Of a stretch of 44,482 nucleotides of DNA, positions 7,479-15,829 are shown piece after piece; the stretch's first letter is position 1; every line of letters begins with the position of its first letter. The notes below the pieces were generated by a model. It saw nothing but the letters and a program-made list of their open reading frames with translations, was not told the origin of the DNA and ran no database searches. The stretch is from an uncultured Methanosarcinales archaeon (GTDB lineage: Archaea > Nanobdellota > Nanobdellia > Woesearchaeales > CAYSVS01). The position numbers and the translations under genes were made by a program. Location: positions 1 through 44,482 of the forward strand of contig CAYZMD010000002.1 in NCBI GenBank assembly GCA_964479425.1, read 5' to 3'.

Positions 7479-8858
7479 TTATGCAAACACCTTTTCCTTA
7501 ACCGTCTCATTAATATCATCCATGATTTCTTTGAATGAGTCTTCAAGATTGTTCATTACTATTTGCTCTTTAGCCTTTTGGAACCATTGAACCATTACTG
7601 ACTGTGTAGAGTTTATCCCAGCTATCATGTCTTTCATGTTTATTTTTCTTCGTTTTTTTGTAACCATGCTTTCTCTTAGAGGAATGTCAGTTGCAGATTC
7701 GCAGACTGCTTTAATATCAGCACCCGAAAACCCTTCAGTTAGTGTTGCTAGTTTGTTTAACTCAAGTTCATCAATAGGACGGTTTTTCATTTGAATTCTA
7801 ATTATTTGTTTTCTTGAATTAAAATCTGGTCTTGGCACATAGATTGTTTTTCCAAATCGTCCTTCTCTTCTGAGTGCAGGATCGATTGACCAAGGTTCAT
7901 TGGTCGCTGCCAAAAGCAAAATTTGTTGGTCTTTTGAGTCCATTCCATCTATTTCTGTTAAAAGCTGTGCTACAGCGGATTTTTCGTGAGCAAGACCACT
8001 TGTCCTATCGCCACCAAGCGCTTCAAATTCATCAAAGAAAATTATGCTAGGTTGTTTTTCTCTTGCAGTCTTAAAAAGTTCTGCAATATTTTGTTCTGTT
8101 TCTCCTACATATTTACTTTTTAAATCAGAACATTTTACGTGAATAAATGTTGATTTTACTTCATTTGCTGTTGCTTTTGCAATCAAACTTTTACCACATC
8201 CTGGTGGACCATAAACTAGTATTCCACCACCTATATTTTTTTTATAATATTTAAATAATTCTGGATTTGTCAAAGGTTCTATAATTTTAAAATGTATGTC
8301 TTCTTTTAGAGATTCAAGACCACCAATATCATCAAACTTAATTGTGTTATCTTTTGAAGTTAATATTTTTCCTGCATTTTTTTTAAGTTCTTTTGCTTTT
8401 ACATAAATCCTATTTGCTAGAGCAATACATTCATCTTCTTTCGCAGAATTTTCTTCTGATTGTTCAAGTAACATTTCTGCTGCTTTTAGATAATTATCTG
8501 CAGCTTTCTTTGGAGCTTTTTTTTCTAATTCTTTACCAAGTTTTACTAATGTCATTATACTTTTTTCTTCACACATTTCTTTTTCACCTTTTTTTATCGC
8601 TTCAGTTTCTTTTAGACAATTTCTTGCAAGCTGTTGTTTTGATAGCTCTTGAGTTATTTTATTGCCTATTATATCTTGTGAAATTTTGTAATATTGATTT
8701 GCTATTTTTACAAACTCATCTTTTTTTTGTATTTCTGCTTGTAACAAATAAATGCTTACAGCCTCAAGATAGTTTTCTCTTGCCTCTGTAATTTTGTTTT
8801 TTGCAAGTTTTGCTTTTGCAAGCTCTACGTATTTTTCTGCATCTTTAATTCCGCACAT
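7479..8858 (-). CDS. AAA+ ATPase (Vps4/CdvC/spastin-like clade) with two N-terminal MIT-like helical domains
   Basis: Walker A is GPPGCGKS and Walker B is IIFFDEFEA; there is a single AAA module. Two about 60-aa helical segments (AEKYVELAKAKL...YYKISQDI and LVKLGKELEKK...IYVKAKELKK) resemble MIT domains. Confidence 0.8.
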   Translation of the reverse strand: MCGIKDAEKYVELAKAKLAKNKITEARENYLEAVSIYLLQAEIQKKDEFVKIANQYYKISQDIIGNKITQELSKQQLARNCLKETEAIKKGEKEMCEEKSIMTLVKLGKELEKKAPKKAADNYLKAAEMLLEQSEENSAKEDECIALANRIYVKAKELKKNAGKILTSKDNTIKFDDIGGLESLKEDIHFKIIEPLTNPELFKYYKKNIGGGILVYGPPGCGKSLIAKATANEVKSTFIHVKCSDLKSKYVGETEQNIAELFKTAREKQPSIIFFDEFEALGGDRTSGLAHEKSAVAQLLTEIDGMDSKDQQILLLAATNEPWSIDPALRREGRFGKTIYVPRPDFNSRKQIIRIQMKNRPIDELELNKLATLTEGFSGADIKAVCESATDIPLRESMVTKKRRKINMKDMIAGINSTQSVMVQWFQKAKEQIVMNNLEDSFKEIMDDINETVKEKVFA

Positions 8859-8859
8859 T

Positions 8860-9492
8860 TTAATGAAGTATCCTATTTTGTGAAAGTTCGTTTCTTATTA
8901 AATTCGTAAGTTCAATTCTTGATGGAACCCGTTCTTTTCTTATTAATTTTCTAAGATTATCTTTTGTTGAAGGTAGTGGATTCATATTGATATTGTCTAT
9001 GTTTAAGTATTGTGTTGAAGGTAGATTCATATTGATATTTCCTATGTTTAAATTTTCAGATATTATATTTGGGACGTCATTAGCCACGTAAAGGTTATCT
9101 TGTGCATTATCTTCAATACTTTTGAATGGAATTGAATTGTCTATTGCTGTTACTTTTTCTGTGGATGTTGAATTTGGAATGTATATGCTATTTGAGATGT
9201 CAGACGCTCTGTATACCTGAGAAAATTGACTAGCATCATAAGTTGGCGTATTGATGATAGTAGTATTTGAATTGTCTATTGCGGTTACATTTTCTGTGGA
9301 TGTTGAATTTGGAATGTATATGCTACTTGAGATGTCAGACGCTCTGTATACCTGAGAAAATTGATTCGCATCATAAGTTGGCGTATTGATGATAGCAGTA
9401 TTTGAATTGTATCCAGAATTAACACTATAAATATCATTTAGGTTAACTAAATCATTAACTAACGGACTGTAACCTGCAATTCCTGAAAACAT
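8860..9492 (-). CDS. Asn/Ser/Thr-rich repeat protein (hypothetical), coupled to the AAA ATPase gene
   Basis: The stop lies 1 nt before the AAA start codon. The gene contains two 45-aa tandem repeats (NTPTYDA.QFSQVYRASDIS.SIYIPNSTSTE.VTAIDNS), a short LNI.NINMN repeat and a basic amphipathic C-terminal helix. Confidence 0.6.
   Translation of the reverse strand: MFSGIAGYSPLVNDLVNLNDIYSVNSGYNSNTAIINTPTYDANQFSQVYRASDISSSIYIPNSTSTENVTAIDNSNTTIINTPTYDASQFSQVYRASDISNSIYIPNSTSTEKVTAIDNSIPFKSIEDNAQDNLYVANDVPNIISENLNIGNINMNLPSTQYLNIDNINMNPLPSTKDNLRKLIRKERVPSRIELTNLIRNELSQNRILH
9136..9405. repeat. 2 x 135-nt tandem repeat (about 95% identical) inside the 210-aa gene
   Basis: The copies at 9136-9270 and 9271-9405 differ at about 7 positions. 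A partial third unit starts at 9406. Confidence 0.9.
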
Positions 9493-9502
9493 TGGTATAT
9501 GG

Positions 9503-9790
9503 TTGGAGCATACTATTTTTATCGCCTTGAGACTTTTAAGTTATTGTATAATATATAGGTTAAAGTTATTTATAAAGAAAATCAGGATAAAAGATAGGTA
9601 CGTGAGACATTTATGTCATGATGTTGCTAAACGAATTGTTCCTGACATACTAATTGAAGAGGATTGCGAATCAATTGATGTAAGTAGGCAAATACTTACA
9701 GTAATTGAATGCAAAAGTACAACAACAGACGAAGCAATAAGAGATATGAGAATTGCAATGGAATATGAAAAAATAAAGCAATGCTATTAG
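9503..9790 (+). CDS. Doubtful ORF, possibly a remnant of a PD-(D/E)xK nuclease gene
   Basis: It has only a TTG start. The sequence PDILIEED...ILTVIECKS looks like a D...ExK motif. Downstream, a shifted frame reads LLVIIDINLLLMLM, reminiscent of Mrr-type C-termini. Confidence 0.3.
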   Translation: MEHTIFIALRLLSYCIIYRLKLFIKKIRIKDRYVRHLCHDVAKRIVPDILIEEDCESIDVSRQILTVIECKSTTTDEAIRDMRIAMEYEKIKQCY

Positions 9791-9903
9791 TTATCATAGA
9801 TATCAATTTACTTCTAATGTTGATGGTAAATCAAGATTCAAGGAGTTTTTAAAAAAGAAAAAGGCGGAGGTTTAGAATTAAAAAGACAATTTATTTCATC
9901 GAA

Positions 9904-11549
9904 CAGGCTGTCTCACAATTACCAACTTCCCAGTTTCATCTCTCGACGAGAGATAGAAAAATTTATATACTTCCTCGTCTATAGAATTAGTAAACACGAG
10001 GTGATTCTACATGGTTTACATCAAATCAAACCCAAAACAAACAATGCTTCTCCCAACTAACTTAAGAGATATAATCCCTAAAGATCATATCTGTTATTTA
10101 ATAGAAGATGTAATTAATCAATTAGATTTTAGTAATTATGATAAAAAAGTTGAAGGAGCAGGAAATCCAAGTTATCATCCTAGAATTTGCTTAAAGATAA
10201 TTATAAATGGAATTTGCGAGAGAGTTACTTCAACAAGAAGGCTGGATAAGCTAACATATGAAAACATAGTTTTTAGATATTTAGCTGAAAACCTTAATCC
10301 TGATTTTCACACGATTGCTTTGTTTAGAAAAGAAAATAGACTATTAATAAAACAAAGTTTTTTACAAACAATAGAGGTTGCTAAAAACCTTAACATGATT
10401 AACTTTAATAAGCTTTATCTTGATGGAACTAAGATAAAAGCTAATGCTTCTAAAAGCAAGAGTTTTACTAAAGAAGAGATTGGTTTCTTGTCAGATTTTG
10501 TCGACGAACATCTTAAAGAGATGGATAAAGTCGACAAAGAAGAAAATAAAAAGTATGGTGATTCAAACGGAGAGCCAAAAATACCTGACCATCTTACAAG
10601 CAGAAGAAAATTGAGAGAGAAAATCAAAGAGATTTTGAAGAATACTGATAAAGCAAAGAAGCAAATGGAAAAAGCCAAAACTAAGATTAAAGAAGAAAAA
10701 GTTGACAAAGTCAACTTAACAGATATGGATTCTAAGTTGATGAAAATGAAAAAAGGTCTGCATTATGAGCAAGCTTACAATTGTCAGCTTCTTGTTGAGG
10801 ACAAAAGCGAAATAATTGTTGGAAATTATCTTTCTGATTCTCCTAATGATAGTCATGAAACAATTCCAACAATGGAAAAGTTTAAGCAGGAGCAAAAGGT
10901 TAACTTGAGTGGAGTTGAAGTCTTCCAGGATAATGGATTTTCAGGAAGCAAGACAGCTGAATATTACGAAAAAAAAGGTGCAATTGCTTACATCCCTGAC
11001 AGAGCTACAACAAAAGAATTGCATGGTAAAGCATACCGAATTTCAAAGTTTGATAATGATAATTTTAAACTTGATTTTAAAAAAAATCAAGCTATATGTC
11101 CTGTAGGACATAGGATGAATTTTGCAAGAAAGATAATTCGGAAAAAACAAACAGGCAATTGGACAAATATCTATAGGACAAACAAATGTGATAATTGTAA
11201 ATTCAAAAATGAGTGTGTTGGAACAAAAAAAAGATATCGTGAAGCTATGATAAATCCTTTAATGAGAAAAATAAGGCTTCGTTTTAATACCAAAATGGGT
11301 ATTAAAAAGTATAGCAAAAGATTTCACAAAGGAGAAGTGGCTCAGGCACATATATTTCATAATCTAGGTTATAGGGAATTCAAGTGTAGAGGAGAAAATC
11401 CATGTGAAAGTGAAGTTAATTTGATGTCAATTGCTTATAATTTAAAAAAAATACATAATAAATTGAAAAAAATTGGAGGAAGTTTAGATACGAGTATTAA
11501 AAAAATGTGTTTTCGTTTTTATTATTATTTGGAATCATAAGACAACCTG
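9904..11549 (+). mobile_element. IS1182-family insertion sequence (1,646 bp) with imperfect terminal inverted repeats and a 4-bp target site duplication
   Basis: IRL is CAGGCTGTCTCA (9904-9915). The reverse complement of IRR is CAGGTTGTCTTA (11538-11549). About 15 of 23 terminal nt match. The element is flanked by CGAA at 9900-9903 and 11550-11553. Confidence 0.75.
10011..11540 (+). CDS. IS1182-family (IS5-like) DDE transposase
   Basis: The N-terminal DUF772-type region reads GNPSYHPRICLKIIINGICERVTSTRRLDKL...FRYLAENLNPDFHTIALFRKEN. YLDGTKIKANAS and QDNGFSG carry candidate DDE acidic residues. The C-terminal segment ...YREFKCRG...LMSIAYNLKKI is typical of the family. Confidence 0.88.
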   Translation: MVYIKSNPKQTMLLPTNLRDIIPKDHICYLIEDVINQLDFSNYDKKVEGAGNPSYHPRICLKIIINGICERVTSTRRLDKLTYENIVFRYLAENLNPDFHTIALFRKENRLLIKQSFLQTIEVAKNLNMINFNKLYLDGTKIKANASKSKSFTKEEIGFLSDFVDEHLKEMDKVDKEENKKYGDSNGEPKIPDHLTSRRKLREKIKEILKNTDKAKKQMEKAKTKIKEEKVDKVNLTDMDSKLMKMKKGLHYEQAYNCQLLVEDKSEIIVGNYLSDSPNDSHETIPTMEKFKQEQKVNLSGVEVFQDNGFSGSKTAEYYEKKGAIAYIPDRATTKELHGKAYRISKFDNDNFKLDFKKNQAICPVGHRMNFARKIIRKKQTGNWTNIYRTNKCDNCKFKNECVGTKKRYREAMINPLMRKIRLRFNTKMGIKKYSKRFHKGEVAQAHIFHNLGYREFKCRGENPCESEVNLMSIAYNLKKIHNKLKKIGGSLDTSIKKMCFRFYYYLES

Positions 11550-11589
11550 CGAAGGAAAATCTTTTCAGGAGAACACACTGTCACTTTTT

Positions 11590-11608
11590 ACCAAAACCTT
11601 TATAAACA
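11590..11608 (+). promoter_or_regulatory. Archaeal BRE/TATA promoter (ACCAAAACCTTTATAAACA) of the r-protein/RNAP operon
   Basis: It has the same motif as 3514 and 19908(-). It lies about 140 nt upstream of rps13 and 41 nt beyond the IS right end. Confidence 0.55.
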
Positions 11609-11745
11609 AACTCGATTTTCATCGTATATAACAATGTCGTACTGTCTTAGGATGGTATGATCAAGAATCTCAGCTAAACGCTGTGACATTGTAGAATTCA
11701 CAATTAATAATTCTATAATGAAACTTATACACGGAGGGTGTATTG

Positions 11746-12198
11746 ATGGAAGACAAAAAAGATTTTAAATACATTGTGAGGATAGTCAATTCAGATATTG
11801 ATGGAAAACATCAAATCGCTGTTGGATTAACTAGAATCAAAGGTGTTGGACATGTATTTGCTAATGCAATATGCGATAAAGCAGATATTGATAAACGGAA
11901 AATAACAGGAGAACTTAGCGATGCAGAAGTTGCAAAACTAGAAGAAGTTATTAAAAGCAAAGATTTCCCGACATGGATGTTTAACAGACGAAAAGATCCT
12001 GAGACAGGAGAAGATACTCACTTAATTGGAGCAGACATTAAATTTATTCAAGAAAATGATGTAAAATTAATGAAAAAGTCAAAATCCTATAAAGGTTCAA
12101 GACATCAAGCAGGACTTCCTGCAAGAGGTCAAAGGACTAAAAGTAACTTCAGAAAGAACAAAGGTAAGGCACAAGGTGCCAAGAAAAAGAGAAAGTGA
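11746..12198 (+). CDS. rps13: 30S ribosomal protein S13 (uS13)
   Basis: FKYIVRIVNSDIDGKHQIAVGLTRIKGVGHVFANAIC is followed by a basic tail. A GGAGGGTG Shine-Dalgarno site lies at 11733-11740 and the start is ATG 11746. Confidence 0.93.
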   Translation: MEDKKDFKYIVRIVNSDIDGKHQIAVGLTRIKGVGHVFANAICDKADIDKRKITGELSDAEVAKLEEVIKSKDFPTWMFNRRKDPETGEDTHLIGADIKFIQENDVKLMKKSKSYKGSRHQAGLPARGQRTKSNFRKNKGKAQGAKKKRK

Positions 12199-12210
12199 AG
12201 GTGTAGTAGA

Positions 12211-12894
12211 ATGGGAGATCCAAGAAAACAAAGACCAAAATTTCAGACACCCCAACATCCGTGGAATAAAACAAGGATTGAGGAAGAAAAAGCCCTATTA
12301 AAAGAATATGGATTAAAAAACAAAACTGAAATCTGGAAAATGAATGCAATAGTAAGTAATATTACAGGTCAGGTAAAAAGATTAACAACATTAAAGGGTA
12401 GACAAGCAGATCTAGAAAGAAAACAATTAGTTGATAGATTAAACAGATTAGGTTTATTGCAAGAAAACGCAGCACTTGAAAGTGTTTTAGGTATGCAAGT
12501 AAAAGAAATTATGGAAAGAAGATTACAGACTATAATTTTTAGAAAAAAATTGGCTAAATCAGTTAAACAAGCAAGACAGTTTATTGTTCACGAACATATC
12601 CTTATTAAAGGGATAAAAATGACAATACCTAGCTATATTGTTTCAGCTGAAGAAGAAAACGCAATAGAATTTGCACCTAAATCAGCTTTAGCAGATGAAA
12701 TGCATCCTGAAAGAAAAATTGAAGAAGAAGTTGAAGTAGTAAAAGAAGTAACTACTGAAACAAAAAAGGCTGAAGAAAAACCAAAAACAGAAGATAAGAA
12801 AAAAGCAACTAAAAAAGTTGACAAAAAAGAAACACAGCCCAAAAAGGATGACAAGAAAAAAGCTGAACCCAAAAAAGAAGGTGATAAAAAATGA
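12211..12894 (+). CDS. rps4: 30S ribosomal protein S4 (uS4) with a roughly 55-aa Lys/Glu-rich C-terminal extension
   Basis: [19 protein letters not shown] and an S4 RNA-binding domain ([27 protein letters not shown]) are present. A K/E/T-rich tail follows from about aa 170. Confidence 0.9.
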   Translation: MGDPRKQRPKFQTPQHPWNKTRIEEEKALLKEYGLKNKTEIWKMNAIVSNITGQVKRLTTLKGRQADLERKQLVDRLNRLGLLQENAALESVLGMQVKEIMERRLQTIIFRKKLAKSVKQARQFIVHEHILIKGIKMTIPSYIVSAEEENAIEFAPKSALADEMHPERKIEEEVEVVKEVTTETKKAEEKPKTEDKKKATKKVDKKETQPKKDDKKKAEPKKEGDKK

Positions 12895-13490
12895 CTGAAG
12901 AAAAATCACCAGTAAAAGAAGAAGCAAAACCAGTAACTAAAGAAGCACCAAAACAAGAAGCAAAACCAGCAATTAAAGTGGCAAGTCCACCTCCAAGGAG
13001 AGATGATAAAAGACCTCCGGTAAGAGATGACAAAAGGCCTCCAAGAAGAGACGATAAAAGACCTCAAAGAACAGATGACAGAAGACCAAGAAGAGATAGA
13101 GGACCTTTAAGATGGGGAATTGCACACATTTATGCTTCATACAACAACACAATAATTCACATTACAGATATAACTGGAACTGAAAGTATTGCAAGAACTT
13201 CTGGAGGAATGGTAGTTAAGCAGGATAGACTAGAAAGTAGTCCAACAGCTGCAATGATGGCTGCCAAAAAAGCTGCAGAAATTGCAAGAGAAAAAGGGAT
13301 AAATGCAATCCACGTTAAAATTAAAGCACCAGGAGGACATAATGGTCCGAATAATCCTGGACCTGGAGCACAAGCTGCAGTAAGAGCTTTATCAAGAATG
13401 GGATTAAGGATAGGAGTCATCGAGGACGTTACGCCAATACCACATGATGGTTGTAGAAAGAAAGGCGGACGAAGAGGACGGAGAGTATAA
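12891..13490 (+). CDS. rps11: 30S ribosomal protein S11 (uS11) with a roughly 55-aa N-terminal low-complexity extension
   Basis: The conserved core [19 protein letters not shown]...[11 protein letters not shown]...[11 protein letters not shown] starts at about aa 75. It is preceded by PPRRDDKR-type octapeptide repeats. The start overlaps the rps4 stop by ATGA. Confidence 0.9.
   Translation: MTEEKSPVKEEAKPVTKEAPKQEAKPAIKVASPPPRRDDKRPPVRDDKRPPRRDDKRPQRTDDRRPRRDRGPLRWGIAHIYASYNNTIIHITDITGTESIARTSGGMVVKQDRLESSPTAAMMAAKKAAEIAREKGINAIHVKIKAPGGHNGPNNPGPGAQAAVRALSRMGLRIGVIEDVTPIPHDGCRKKGGRRGRRV
12990..13106 (+). repeat. 24-nt periodic coding repeat (about 4.8 units; PPRRDDKR / PPVRDDKR / PPRRDDKR / PQRTDDRR / PRRDRGP)
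   Basis: The units begin at 12990, 13014, 13038, 13062 and 13086, in frame with rps11. Confidence 0.85.
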
Positions 13491-13491
13491 A

Positions 13492-14274
13492 ATGGAAGTT
13501 GAACAACTAAAATCAAAAAAGGACAAAACTTGTTTTATTTTGAAAAAATCAACACCAGGTTTTGCTAATGCCTTAAGAAGAGCAATGATTGACGAAGTCC
13601 CGACAATGGCAATTGAAACAGTTGAAATTTCTAAAAATTCAGGGATATTGTATGATGAGATATTAGCACACAGATTAGGTTTGCTAATACTTAAAACAGA
13701 TCTTAAATCATATAACTTACCTGATAAATGTACATGCAAAGGTGAAGGTTGTGCTCAATGTCAACTTAAACTAACATTAAAAGCTAAAGGTAATGGATAT
13801 GTTTATGCTGAAGATATAAAATCAACAGATCCTAAAGTTACACCTGTATTTGAAAAAACAATAATTACTAAATTATTGAAAGGTCAGGATTTAGAACTTG
13901 AAGCTACAGCAGTACTTGGGAGAGGAAAACAACATGTAAAATTCAGTCCTGGATTTATATATTACAAACATCCTGTTGAAATCAAAGTAAAAAGTGATTC
14001 AAAAGATGTTGAACAAGTTGTAAAATCTTGTCCTATGAATATTTTTGAAGACAAGAAAGGAAAAATCTCAATTAATAAAGACAAAGTTGCTACTTGTCAT
14101 CTATGCAATGGGTGTGTAGATATAAGTCAAGGCAATGTAACAATAGAAGAACAAGATGACCAATTCCTATTCACAATGGAACCTTGGGGACAATTAGACA
14201 GCAAAACAATTATAAAAAAAAGCGTCGAAATAATCCAAGAGAAATGTGATGAATTCATCAGCAAGTTGAAATAA
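13492..14274 (+). CDS. rpoD: DNA-directed RNA polymerase subunit D (Rpo3) with Cys-rich ferredoxin-like insert
   Basis: GFANALRRAMIDEVPTMAIETVEI, the CTCKGEGCAQC cluster and the SCPMNIF...CHLCNGC cluster are present. ATG 13492 sits directly after the rps11 stop, so the track's 13444 start is rejected. Confidence 0.9.
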   Translation: MEVEQLKSKKDKTCFILKKSTPGFANALRRAMIDEVPTMAIETVEISKNSGILYDEILAHRLGLLILKTDLKSYNLPDKCTCKGEGCAQCQLKLTLKAKGNGYVYAEDIKSTDPKVTPVFEKTIITKLLKGQDLELEATAVLGRGKQHVKFSPGFIYYKHPVEIKVKSDSKDVEQVVKSCPMNIFEDKKGKISINKDKVATCHLCNGCVDISQGNVTIEEQDDQFLFTMEPWGQLDSKTIIKKSVEIIQEKCDEFISKLK

Positions 14275-14314
14275 CTTTGCGAGCACATAAGTGCGATAGT
14301 GGAGGATAAAAAAA

Positions 14315-14656
14315 ATGAATGAAAAACTAACACAATTGGTTTTAAGTCTTAAACAATTGTCAAATGACCAAGAAGTCAGAATTTGGCATAGGATTGCTAA
14401 AGATTTAGGAAAATCAACAAGACAAAGAAGAGAAGTTAATGTTTCAAGAATTAACTCTAATACAAAAGACGGAGACACAATAATTGTTCCTGGTAAAGTA
14501 TTAAGCCTAGGAGAATTAGATCATAAAGTCAATGTCGCTGCATGGAGCTTTTCACAAGCTGCAATGGAAAAAATTAATTCAAAAGGAAAAACAATGAAAA
14601 TTGAAGACCTTATGAAAGAAAATCCTAAAGGCAGCAAAGTGAGAATAATTGGGTGA
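14315..14656 (+). CDS. rpl18e: 50S ribosomal protein L18e (eL18)
   Basis: RIAKDLGKSTRQRREVNVSRIN...IIVPGKVLSLGELDHKVNVAAWSFS is present. A GGAGGA Shine-Dalgarno site lies upstream. Confidence 0.88.
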   Translation: MNEKLTQLVLSLKQLSNDQEVRIWHRIAKDLGKSTRQRREVNVSRINSNTKDGDTIIVPGKVLSLGELDHKVNVAAWSFSQAAMEKINSKGKTMKIEDLMKENPKGSKVRIIG

Positions 14657-14661
14657 GCCAG

Positions 14662-15075
14662 ATGATTATAGATGCTACAAATTTATTATTAGGAAGAATG
14701 GCCACAGTTGTTGCTAAAAAAGCTTTGCTTGGCGAGAAGATAGAAATTATTAATTGCGAAAAAGCAGCAGTTTCAGGGACAAGAAGTCATGTTTTAGATA
14801 AATACAAACATAAAAGAGCAAGAGGAGAACCAGCTCATGGACCTCACTTTCCAAGAAGATCTGATATGATTGTTAGAAGAACTATCAGAGGAATGCTTCC
14901 CTATAAAACTAATAGAGGAGAAATTGCTTTCAAAAAAGTTATGTGTTATTTAGGAGTTCCTACAGACATAAAAGAAAAAGCAGAGACAATTGAAAACGCT
15001 AACGTGGATAAACTTCCAAATTTAAAATATGTTTATGTTGGAGAAATTAGCAAACTAATGGGGTCTAAACAATGA
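14662..15075 (+). CDS. rpl13: 50S ribosomal protein L13 (uL13)
   Basis: MIIDATNLLLGRMATVVAKKALLGEKIEIINCEKAAVSG is present. The alternative GTG start at 14653 overlaps the rpl18e stop. Confidence 0.9.
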   Translation: MIIDATNLLLGRMATVVAKKALLGEKIEIINCEKAAVSGTRSHVLDKYKHKRARGEPAHGPHFPRRSDMIVRRTIRGMLPYKTNRGEIAFKKVMCYLGVPTDIKEKAETIENANVDKLPNLKYVYVGEISKLMGSKQ

Positions 15076-15470
15076 AAGTCGTACATTGCACTGGAAAGAG
15101 AAAAAGAGCTATTGCAAAAGCAACTCTAAAAGAAGGAAAAGGAATTGTTAGATTTAACAACAAGCACATTGATACAATAGAACCGGAAATGTTAAGACTA
15201 AAACTAGCAGAACCATTATTTTTAGCAGAAAAAGTTAAAGATAAAGTAGATATCAATGTCAAAGTAATGGGCGGAGGCGTAATGTCTCAAATTGAAGCTG
15301 GAAGATTAGCAATTGCAAGAGCTTTAATTGAATATACAAAGGACGATGCACTGAAAAATATATTTCTTAATTATGATAGGCACTTATTAGTTGCCGACGT
15401 AAGAAGAAAAGAAATGTATAAGCCAAATGACTCAAAAGCTAGAGCCAAAAGGCAAAAATCATACAGGTGA
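15072..15470 (+). CDS. rps9: 30S ribosomal protein S9 (uS9)
   Basis: GKRKRAIAKATLKEGKG is present and the protein ends in the universal ...RAKRQKSYR. The start overlaps the rpl13 stop by ATGA. Confidence 0.93.
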   Translation: MKVVHCTGKRKRAIAKATLKEGKGIVRFNNKHIDTIEPEMLRLKLAEPLFLAEKVKDKVDINVKVMGGGVMSQIEAGRLAIARALIEYTKDDALKNIFLNYDRHLLVADVRRKEMYKPNDSKARAKRQKSYR

Positions 15471-15536
15471 TTGAAAAATGATAACAATAAAAAATCAAGA
15501 TTTTTTAAGTTACCATTTTTACACTGAGGTGAAAAA

Positions 15537-15734
15537 ATGATAATACCAGTAAGATGTTTTGCATGCGGAAAACCTGTTGCACATCTTTGGGAAGAATTTA
15601 CTCAAAGAAGAGAAAGAGGCGAAAATGCAAAAAAAATCATGGACGACCTTGGCTTAGAGAGATATTGTTGCAGAGCTTTATTTTTAGGACAAGTAGACTT
15701 AATTGATACAGCCGCTAAATTTAAGAAATTTTAA
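15537..15734 (+). CDS. rpoN: DNA-directed RNA polymerase subunit N (Rpo10)
   Basis: MIIPVRCFACGKPVAHLWEEF...ERYCCRALFLGQVDL is the zinc-ribbon signature. Confidence 0.93.
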   Translation: MIIPVRCFACGKPVAHLWEEFTQRRERGENAKKIMDDLGLERYCCRALFLGQVDLIDTAAKFKKF

Positions 15735-15752
15735 TTTCTTTATTTTTTTTTA
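15735..15752 (+). terminator. Oligo-T tract (archaeal-type terminator) after rpoN
   Basis: TTTCTTTATTTTTTTTT lies immediately after the stop codon. Confidence 0.4.
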
Positions 15753-15829
15753 CTTATTCTATTTGTTTTTTCATACATTAGTAAGATTTATATAAAAAAT
15801 ATAGATTTTATTTCTATAGGTGAGTATAG

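Noticed and set aside
8393-8791. A plus-strand 132-aa ORF inside the AAA ATPase gene.
   Set aside because: It is antisense to the MIT-like region and is a leucine/phenylalanine-rich artefact.
8960-9410. The repeats could be mistaken for a CRISPR-like or satellite array.
   Set aside because: They are in-frame coding repeats (135-nt and about 48-nt units) inside the 210-aa ORF with no spacer/repeat alternation. I saw no CRISPR array anywhere in the window.
12633-13033. Three minus-strand ORFs (12633-12872, 12688-12927 and 12809-13033) with F/S/L-rich products.
   Set aside because: They are antisense to the A/G-rich low-complexity tails of rps4 and rps11. The composition-driven open frames have no independent signals.
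13444-13491. An upstream start for rpoD that overlaps rps11.
   Set aside because: The conserved RpoD N-terminus starts at the ATG at 13492, right after the rps11 stop. The 16 extra codons simply re-read the rps11 3' end in another frame.
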